Shown: positions 26,541 to 33,937 of the stretch, in pieces
Layout of the letters: each line of letters opens with the position of its first letter
Position numbering within the stretch: the stretch's first letter is position 1
DNA from: Deltaproteobacteria bacterium TL4
Lineage (GTDB): Bacteria > SAR324 > NAC60-12
Assembly: GCA_051382335.1 (NCBI GenBank)
Contig: JBBCAX010000159.1
Coordinates: 1-33,937, forward strand
Direction of reading: 5' to 3'
Length of the DNA stretch: 33,937 nt
Made by a program: the position numbers and the translations under genes
Notes under the pieces: generated by a model
Database searches by the model: none
What the model saw: only the letters and a program-made list of their open reading frames with translations
Told to the model about the DNA's origin: nothing

Positions 26541-28067
26541 GATCAAGGCCTCCCTCAAATTGGCATTCAATTTCGTATACTCGGGATCTGAGGTTTCTAG
26601 GCGCTCCAGATTTTTTATCCCCATCGTCAAAATAGTGAGAGTGACATCTTTCGGAATTTTCAACGTCGCTCGCAAGTTATAGGCATGTAGTGCCAAAATG
26701 GCATATTCTTTCAAAAGGATGGCCCCCTGCTTGCTTACAGAAGAACCTAAAAACTTCTTCCCCTGACCATAAGTTTCCAAACAGATCATTAAATTATTTT
26801 TTAATAATTGCAAATACCCTTTCTGACCGTTAGCGTGAATGATCACCGCAATACCCATGGCCTGCATATAAACCCGTCCCGCAAAGATGTAAGACAGGAG
26901 ATAGCTGGGATATTTGGCTTTAAGCTGTCGGGTGATCTCAATCACGAAAGGATGCAGTAAGGGAATAAACCGCATGGCATTGAGCAATTTTCCCAGCTCA
27001 TTGATGATATTTTTTTTATCAAATAACTCCACAGAATCGGGATCATTCATTTTTTGCCGGATGAGAGCAGCGTCTTGAAGGGTATTATTTAAATCCGACA
27101 GGTGAAAGGTCGTGATCTCCAATTTCTGAACATCTTTGGACAGAGCTAACTCTTTGAAAGTTGTTAGAAGTTTTAAAATTATTTGTAGTTGAGAGCCCTC
27201 TGTCTGATTTTCACCTGGCTTAGAGGCGACCAGGCTTTCCTGGACCAACTGCTTCATTTTTTCCAAATAGGTCAGATAGACCCGAATAAAAAGGTTCCAA
27301 CTCTTAGTGCTGCAATACCCCATTACTAAGGGGATAATTGCCTGAAAAAGGTTTTCACGATATAATTCGATGGGAAGATCATGTTCCAACTCTACGCTTT
27401 CAACAAGTGCCAAACGATCAAAGATGGAATATGGATTTTTCAGCAACCCTCGTATATGAGCTCTGTTGTCAGGAGTATCCAGATACTTTTGTAGCGCAAT
27501 ACCAGCTATTTGATTTTTTTCGTAAGGCTCAATATGCCGCATTGTTTGTGAAGATGTTTTATCCTGAGTACTCATCTTGCTCCACTTCTCAATTTCTGTG
27601 ACTCTTCTTTGGATCTCCGCATTCCAGATATTGTGAACCTTATAGACTCCGGGAATAATCTGAATGTCTTGAGGATTAATCTTTCCACGAATAGGTCCAA
27701 TTCCAACAGTTTTTTGGGATTGAGTTGAGTTCTGCTTAATCGTACTTATCGGAATATTTCCAGAAGTTTGCATCGTATACAATTTCTCTATTATGCGGAG
27801 GAAGGTATCTCCCGTCATGTTTGAAATACATCCCATTGAATCATGGATGCCAACTGCTTCTATTTTAGACCAAATACAAAGTTGCGTTTCATGTCTTTCT
27901 AACAACCCCTCAAGGACACGCAAACCACCAGAGATGCTATAATTTTCCTTATTGCTTAACACTTATGGGGGGGTATTAGCAAGTTCTGACTCAAAAGAAG
28001 AGGGGAATGGATGCAGAAAACTCACTTCGGGAAGCACATGGTATTTAATTTGCTTTAACACAAACAT
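26532..28067 (-). pseudogene. Hypothetical ~510-aa gene interrupted by an in-frame TAA at 27963-27965 (intact portion 26532-27962)
   Basis: The 476-codon ORF starts directly after a TAA; 34 more open in-frame codons run from ATG 28067 (or GTG 28061 with an AAGGG SD). Confidence 0.5.
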
Positions 28068-28259
28068 CCCTTTTTTATTTCAAATGTACTCAACCCTCTT
28101 CCTACCTCTTGCCGAGTAACCCTTTTTCGGGGTCTGTTGCCAAAATTTTTTACCTGAACTTGTCGCATAAGCTGATCTTCGTTGACCAATAAAAAAGCTG
28201 GTCAGTTATGAAAAACTCAGCTAGGGTGAGCCGAAGTCATTCCTGCTGGGGGGGGGGTT

Positions 28260-29078
28260 ATGAACATGTTACGAGGGAATATGCCTTTGGAAGAAATCGA
28301 CAATCCTTTCTTTGTCAGGTGGCCTAGACGGATCTCCCATCAACTTTGTCCTCCAGTGTGTTGGATCTGCAATCACATCATCCCTGCTCAACAAACCCGT
28401 GAGCTGTCCTTCCCGTTTTTATGTTCTTCCTGTTACCACACCTTGCCCTCAACAGATCAATCAACTTCGTGTATCCGGTGTGCCAACCTAACTCCTGGAG
28501 CTCCCCATTTAGGGTGTTATTTTTGCTTGGGACAAGACTGGAAATTAGAGCAAACCTGGAGTAGTTTTTATTACGAACAGGTGATACGGGAATGGGTCCT
28601 GCAACTCAAGTTTGGGGGAAAATCGTACTTAGCTCCCATGATGGGGTACTTTTTATCGCTGAAGATTCGATCGTTGTTGAAAACAAAAACGTTTGATACG
28701 GTCATCCCCATACCGCTTCATGCGTCCAGGTTACGGCAACGAGGTTTCAATCAGGCCTCTTTATTGGCTCACAACTTAATAAAAAATTTGCCTTCCACAG
28801 AAAAATTATTCATGGGTCATGGTTTGCAACGAGTACGCAAAACTTCACCACAGGCAGAATTGCCGGAACAGGAAAGGAAAACCAATATCAGGCAGGCCTT
28901 CCGTGTGTCTTCACCAGTTCAAGGAACCAGAGTTCTCCTGGTAGATGATGTCATGACGACAGGGTCAACACTGCATGAAGCCGCAAGGACGCTGCTGGAC
29001 GCAGGAGCCCATTCGGTGAGTGCTGTTGTTTTCGCACGGCGATTACGGGGAGAGAATTTTTACAACCAGAGTGTATAA
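28260..29078 (+). CDS. comF: ComF family protein (double zinc ribbon plus PRTase fold)
   Basis: Four CxxC pairs, PIPLHASRLRQRGFNQA and LLVDDVMTTGSTL; start may be ATG 28281 (GAGGG SD). Confidence 0.9.
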   Translation: MNMLRGNMPLEEIDNPFFVRWPRRISHQLCPPVCWICNHIIPAQQTRELSFPFLCSSCYHTLPSTDQSTSCIRCANLTPGAPHLGCYFCLGQDWKLEQTWSSFYYEQVIREWVLQLKFGGKSYLAPMMGYFLSLKIRSLLKTKTFDTVIPIPLHASRLRQRGFNQASLLAHNLIKNLPSTEKLFMGHGLQRVRKTSPQAELPEQERKTNIRQAFRVSSPVQGTRVLLVDDVMTTGSTLHEAARTLLDAGAHSVSAVVFARRLRGENFYNQSV

Positions 29079-29104
29079 AATACCGGAATTATTAAAAAGC
29101 GAAT

Positions 29105-32100
29105 ATGGACGATTCTATTGCCTCTACTCTCATAAAATTAGTACAGTCGACTTACAAAACCAGCCTTTATAATCTTCAAGGCTCCAGTAAGCCGCTCCTT
29201 TTGTCTTATCTTCAAAAACTGAGTCAGGCTCCTACCATCGTGGTGAGTGAATCCTTTGAGAAAGCCGAGCAGTTACAGGAAGATCTGGCATTTTTCATGG
29301 GTTCTGAGGGCATCTATTTCTTTCCCGGTTGGGATACGCTGCCCTACGACAATTTTTCGCCGCACAAGGATATCGTCTCACAACGCTTCACGACGATGAA
29401 AGCAATGCTGGAAAATAGGGTTCGATGCGTCATCACGACTCCTGTCGGGTTAATGCAACGAATCATGCCTAAACAGCTTTTTAAGGACGTCTGTCTCACT
29501 TTGAAAATTTCAAAAACTTATGACAAAGCGGAATTACTCAGGAAGTTTGAAGAATCCGGTTATGCGAGTGTCGATGTTGTTGAAGAACGCGGAGAATATA
29601 GTGATCATGGAAAAATAACGGATCTTTTCCCTTTGAACGCGGAGGTTCCTGTGCGTCTCCTGTGGTTTGAAAATAGACTGGAGTACATGAAACCCTTTGA
29701 TGTTCAAACTCAACTTACGTCCAGTACGCTACTTGAAACTTTGGAGGTGATTCCAGGGCGTGAGGTGGTTTTTACGCCCAAAACCTTAAAACAGGCCCAA
29801 TCGGGGATTTACAGCTACCGAAGTCAGGTAACCCATGAGATTTTTCAGCAAATGGAATCGTTATTGAAACAAGCCCAAGTGTTTCCTGGAATTGAATCCC
29901 TATCCGCTTTGTTTTATCCAGAGGCTGAAACCTTGGTTTCCTATTTTCCGGAAAACAGTGTGATTGTGGTCGATGAAGAAATACAGGTTTATGAACGGGC
30001 AAAATATATCTTTGATGAAGTCTTTCGCGAATATGAATTGAGCAGGGACCAGGGAAATTTTGTCATTCCCCCTGAAAAAATCTATCTGAATCCCCAGGAA
30101 TTCAAAAAACACTTGGAACCTAAAATCAAACTCGCGTGTTTTGCGGGTCATCAACGGCCTGAAACCTTTGATTATGCGCTCCCTTTGCCTTTTACGGAGA
30201 ATCATCGACTCCGTCAGGAGTATGCCCAACAGAATCCTCATGAAACTGTTGTCAAAATGATTGATAAAATCCGGTCGTGGAAAAAAGACAAGGTTCCGGT
30301 CTTGTTTGTTGCAAAAAACCAAACCAATGCGGACCATTTCAAACAATTATTATCCGATTTTACGATTGATACCGAACTCTGGGGAAAAGGACACGAGTCT
30401 TACAACTGCCCTTGGGTAGACTGGTTGGAAACCCCCTCAAAAGAGTTATTGGGAAGTACGATTCCTATTTTCTCTGGAAAAATTTCTTCCGGGTTTCGGC
30501 TTATTGATGAGCAGGGGCAGACCCGCTTTGCCTTTTTAACGGAAGAAGAAATATTCGGAGAGAAATCAAAAAATAGAAATCTCCAGAAAAAGGCCGCTCA
30601 ACAATTCATGGAAGGTCTTGAGGATCTTAAAGAAGGAGAGTTCGTTGTTCACCTGGATCATGGCATTGGACGCTATGAGGGGTTGACAAAAATCGCAACC
30701 CTCAATACCAATGAAGACTTCATGGTTCTGGTTTATGCTCAGTCAGGAAGAGTGTACGTCCCTGTCAGTAAATTTCATCTGGTGCAAAAATATGTCAACA
30801 CTGATGGTTCCAAGCCGACCCTCAATAAATTAGGGGATAAAGGCTGGAAGAAAACACGCGACAAGGTCGTCAAAGCGACAGAGGATATTGCTGAGGAGTT
30901 GATCGAAATTTATGCGAAACGTAAGGCCAGGAAGGGGTTTCAATATTCCAAGGATGATCATCTGATGCGAGAGTTTGAACTTTCTTTTCCTTATGAAGAA
31001 ACGCCAGACCAACTTACCGTGATTCAGGAAGTCAAGCAGGACATGGAGACACCCACCCCCATGGACCGTTTGGTTTGTGGCGATGTTGGGTATGGAAAAA
31101 CGGAAGTCGCCATCCGCGCTGCCGCAAAAACGGTGAATGATGGCCGGCAAGTGGCGGTCCTGGTGCCCACAACCATTTTGGCACAACAACATTACGTTTC
31201 TTTTTCCAGCCGTTTTGAAGGCATGCCTTTTAATATTGATCTGATCAGCCGTTTTCGAACTCCTGCCGAACAAAAAAAGACACTCGCGCGACTGGCGGAA
31301 GGAAAAATTGATGTGCTCATTGGCACTCACCGCTTACTTTCAAATGATGTTTACTTCAAAAATTTAGGCTTATTGGTTGTTGACGAAGAACAAAGGTTTG
31401 GTGTCAAACATAAGGAAAAAATCAAACAATATCGCAGCCAGGTTGATATTCTGACCTTAACCGCAACCCCGATCCCCAGAACACTTCACATGTCCTTGAT
31501 GGGAGTCAGAGACTTAAGTGTCATCAACACCCCTCCTGCGGACAGACGGGCCATTCGAACACGAATGTTGAAAGCCAACGATTATATCATTCAGGAAGCT
31601 GTGGGGAGGGAGATTCGAAGGCATGGACAAGTTTTTGTGGTTCATAACAGAGTTGAAACCATCCATCAATATACACGCTATCTTGAAAAAATTGTTCCTA
31701 AGGCACGCCTTGCTATAGCGCATGGTCAAATGGGAGAAAAGCAATTAGAACAAATCATGTACGATTTCATGAATGGAAAATATGACGTCCTGATTTCAAC
31801 CACAATTATTGAATCCGGTCTGGATATTCCCAGAGCCAATACGATCATTGTGAACAATGCGGATCAATTTGGTTTGGCACAGCTCTATCAACTCAGGGGA
31901 CGGGTGGGACGCAGCAATGTTCAAGCGTATGCGTATCTGCTTGTGCCTCCGGACAAAATTTTAAGCAATGTGGCACAGGAACGACTCAAAGTATTACAGG
32001 AGTTAAATGATTTAGGCGCAGGTTTTAAAGTCGCGTCAAGAGACCTGGAGTTGAGAGGCGCAGGCGATTTGCTCGGCTCTTCTCAATCAGGGCATATTGC

Positions 32101-32656
32101 CAGTGTGGGTATTGAACTTTATACTCAGATGATTGAGCGTGCGGTTAAAAAACTCAAACAACACGATTTGGAAGCGCCTCGACTTGAAGAGATTATCGTC
32201 GATTTGGGATTGGATACCGGAATCTCCGAGGCTTACGTTCGCAGTACCAGCCAACGTTTATCTTTGTATAAAAAACTCGCCTCCGTGAGCAGTGAAGAAG
32301 AGTTGTGGGCGCTGAGAAACCAAACAGAAGACCGGTATGGAACCATGCCCCCAATGGTGGTGAATCTCTTTAAAAATGCTCAAATTCGCTTGTGGGGACA
32401 GAAATCCTACGCCAAGTTAATTGAGTACCGGAACCAAAAACTTCGCGTTACGCTAGTCCAACCCAAATACCTGAATATGGAAAAACTGCTGCGATTGTTG
32501 AGCCTCCCGAAAAGTCCGCTGAAACTCGTCGGGAAAGCAACGTTGGAACTGGAACATATTGAGCAAAATATGGATTCATTTTTTGAAGGCCTGAAGACCA
32601 TAGAAGGCCTATTTATGCCGAATGAAGAGGCGTCACCCAGCATGGGACAGTTATGA
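29105..32656 (+). CDS. mfd: Transcription-repair coupling factor
   Basis: UvrB-like N-terminus, VVHLDHGIGRY RID, CGDVGYGKTEVA, DEEQRFG, QLRGRVGR, DLELRGAG and TRCF C-terminus. Confidence 0.98.
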   Translation: MDDSIASTLIKLVQSTYKTSLYNLQGSSKPLLLSYLQKLSQAPTIVVSESFEKAEQLQEDLAFFMGSEGIYFFPGWDTLPYDNFSPHKDIVSQRFTTMKAMLENRVRCVITTPVGLMQRIMPKQLFKDVCLTLKISKTYDKAELLRKFEESGYASVDVVEERGEYSDHGKITDLFPLNAEVPVRLLWFENRLEYMKPFDVQTQLTSSTLLETLEVIPGREVVFTPKTLKQAQSGIYSYRSQVTHEIFQQMESLLKQAQVFPGIESLSALFYPEAETLVSYFPENSVIVVDEEIQVYERAKYIFDEVFREYELSRDQGNFVIPPEKIYLNPQEFKKHLEPKIKLACFAGHQRPETFDYALPLPFTENHRLRQEYAQQNPHETVVKMIDKIRSWKKDKVPVLFVAKNQTNADHFKQLLSDFTIDTELWGKGHESYNCPWVDWLETPSKELLGSTIPIFSGKISSGFRLIDEQGQTRFAFLTEEEIFGEKSKNRNLQKKAAQQFMEGLEDLKEGEFVVHLDHGIGRYEGLTKIATLNTNEDFMVLVYAQSGRVYVPVSKFHLVQKYVNTDGSKPTLNKLGDKGWKKTRDKVVKATEDIAEELIEIYAKRKARKGFQYSKDDHLMREFELSFPYEETPDQLTVIQEVKQDMETPTPMDRLVCGDVGYGKTEVAIRAAAKTVNDGRQVAVLVPTTILAQQHYVSFSSRFEGMPFNIDLISRFRTPAEQKKTLARLAEGKIDVLIGTHRLLSNDVYFKNLGLLVVDEEQRFGVKHKEKIKQYRSQVDILTLTATPIPRTLHMSLMGVRDLSVINTPPADRRAIRTRMLKANDYIIQEAVGREIRRHGQVFVVHNRVETIHQYTRYLEKIVPKARLAIAHGQMGEKQLEQIMYDFMNGKYDVLISTTIIESGLDIPRANTIIVNNADQFGLAQLYQLRGRVGRSNVQAYAYLLVPPDKILSNVAQERLKVLQELNDLGAGFKVASRDLELRGAGDLLGSSQSGHIASVGIELYTQMIERAVKKLKQHDLEAPRLEEIIVDLGLDTGISEAYVRSTSQRLSLYKKLASVSSEEELWALRNQTEDRYGTMPPMVVNLFKNAQIRLWGQKSYAKLIEYRNQKLRVTLVQPKYLNMEKLLRLLSLPKSPLKLVGKATLELEHIEQNMDSFFEGLKTIEGLFMPNEEASPSMGQL

Positions 32657-33381
32657 CTAGCCCGCAGGATCCTTCTCAAACTACAGTTTCCTCGTTGAAC
32701 AGCCAAATCTCGGAATTACTCCAGCAGATCACAGTCCCGCTGGATTTGTTACATAGTCTGCCTTTTGAGCATCCCTGGCTGAAAGAATCCTTGGGCCGAG
32801 CCCTCACTGACATTCTAAAAGAAATGGAAGCCTTACTGCTCTATTGCTGGAAGCGTCTCCAAACGCATACGGTCGAGAGGTTACAGCAGGAAATTGAAGT
32901 TTGGTATGTCACGCAAAAAAGATCCCCAGCAGGAATTTTACAACAATACTATCAATTTCACGAAGACTTACTGAACTGGTGCATGAAACCTGAAATCACA
33001 GGCCTGTGTTTAGAAAATACGTGGTGTGACTATGTTTTCTATCAAACCCTTCATACGCCTCACCTACTGAAAAGACTCATTCCGTACCCCGCTCACTATG
33101 ATCTGGTGGAATTACTTTTAATTGCGGAAAATCATCTGGACGTCATGCAGAAGATTAGCAGCGTCGAATTATACTGGCTGTGTTTTGAATTTTTTCAATT
33201 CCTTTCTGTTTTTACTCAGGATAGTGTTTTTTTACCATTCTTACACTGGAAAAAAGAAACAGGAAACACCGATGATCCGAGCGTCTCTCTTAAAATTCAT
33301 GAGTTGTATCAACAATTTAAAACAGCATCAAACTGGAGGCAATGCGTTGAATTCTATCTGGATGTGCTCCAGCATGTGTAA
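32653..33381 (+). CDS. Hypothetical helical protein translationally coupled to mfd
   Basis: 242-aa ORF with ATGA overlap on the mfd stop; no recognised motif. Confidence 0.7.
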   Translation: MTSPQDPSQTTVSSLNSQISELLQQITVPLDLLHSLPFEHPWLKESLGRALTDILKEMEALLLYCWKRLQTHTVERLQQEIEVWYVTQKRSPAGILQQYYQFHEDLLNWCMKPEITGLCLENTWCDYVFYQTLHTPHLLKRLIPYPAHYDLVELLLIAENHLDVMQKISSVELYWLCFEFFQFLSVFTQDSVFLPFLHWKKETGNTDDPSVSLKIHELYQQFKTASNWRQCVEFYLDVLQHV

Positions 33382-33507
33382 TTGTGAAAGGTTGGACAGG
33401 GATCCTCACCGCTTGCAACCGATAATTAAGTCTCTCGCGATTACAGTAGCTGGCTACTCACTTAAGCTACATGAGACAAGTCTCACAACGAAGCATGAAA
33501 GTAATTG

Positions 33508-33653
33508 GTAGGCCGGGATTACATGCCCGGCAAAATGAGGGGCACGTAGTCCCCTTCTACCACTTTCTTACAAAGCCGGGACATTGGTAGGCGGGGATTG
33601 CATGCCCCGCTTTTCTGAGCGTTGAGGTTGCCGGACACGTAGTTCCGGCCTAC
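33508..33653. repeat. Cluster of four GTAG-type REP-like palindromes in alternating orientation
   Basis: 33508-33531(+), 33537-33560(-), 33587-33610(+) and 33630-33653(-), each GTAG + 5-6-bp stem + 8-nt loop AYTRCRTG. Confidence 0.85.
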
Positions 33654-33763
33654 CATCGAGGTGTCCCGGGTTAAGTGGGTAGCCGTTTGATATTTTGTCA
33701 CAATATTGCAAATAGTTGAAATTAAAGAATAAAAAATGGCGAGCTGTGCAGGTGGTTTGAAAA

Positions 33764-33878
33764 TTAACCACGAAAAACACGAAAAACACGAAATAAATGA
33801 TTTTTTAATAAATGAATTCCTCCGTGAAACCCTATTTTGCAGGTTTTATTTCGTGTTTTTAGTGTTTTTCGTGGTTAA
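33764..33878. repeat. 34-bp inverted repeat (1 mismatch) built from CACGAAAAA units, 47-nt spacer
   Basis: TTAACCACGAAAAACACGAAAAACACGAAATAAA (33764-33797) pairs with 33845-33878. Confidence 0.95.
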
Positions 33879-33912
33879 AAAAAGGGCTACCGGTCTAAAG
33901 TGGGACAAAAAC

Positions 33913-33937
33913 GTAGGTTGGGTAGAGCGTAGCGAAA
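33913..33937 (+). repeat. Truncated GTAG-type REP of a second family
   Basis: GTAGGTTGGGTAGAGCGTAGCGAAA at the window edge; the complementary CCCAAC arm is expected just outside. Confidence 0.6.

Noticed and set aside
2031..32706. Many 60-170 aa ORFs antisense to or nested in the long genes
   Set aside because: They are shadow ORFs of well-supported genes with no motifs or translation signals
33519..33789. Short ORFs 33519..33701 and 33568..33789
   Set aside because: They run through palindromic repeats and give low-complexity translations (MFFVFFVVN); probably spurious
33879..33905. GCTACCGGTCTAAAG resembling part of a c-di-GMP-I riboswitch
   Set aside because: The upstream GGCAAAC/GAAA-tetraloop/GACGCAAA elements are absent

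Overview
Bacterial chromosomal window, AT-leaning. The alternative complex III (ACIII) type suggests a deltaproteobacteria-like lineage, but this is inference only. From left to right: (1) a Uma2-family nuclease with a 21-bp coding tandem repeat, and an XRE-type HTH regulator; (2) a minus-strand surface-glycan locus with legionaminic/sialic-acid-type genes (neuB/legI, neuD-like acetyltransferase, CBS-nucleotidyltransferase, hydrolysing 2-epimerase) that unusually also holds a carbon-nitrogen hydrolase, a B12-dependent radical SAM enzyme, an extra acyltransferase, a 610-aa orphan and two GT4 glycosyltransferases; (3) an actABCDEF ACIII operon whose ActB keeps the N-terminal FS0 cysteine motif and whose ActE has no lipobox; (4) divergent lon, a CPBP protease, a DegT aminotransferase and an HNH protein; (5) an orphan gene apparently interrupted by an in-frame TAA; (6) comF, mfd and an orphan; (7) a terminal non-coding region holding three kinds of palindromic repeat. 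The best candidates for new biology are the tailoring-enzyme-rich nonulosonate glycan locus, the atypical ACIII subunits, and the REP-like cluster with covarying stems. All calls rest on motif recognition by eye; no database searches were run.
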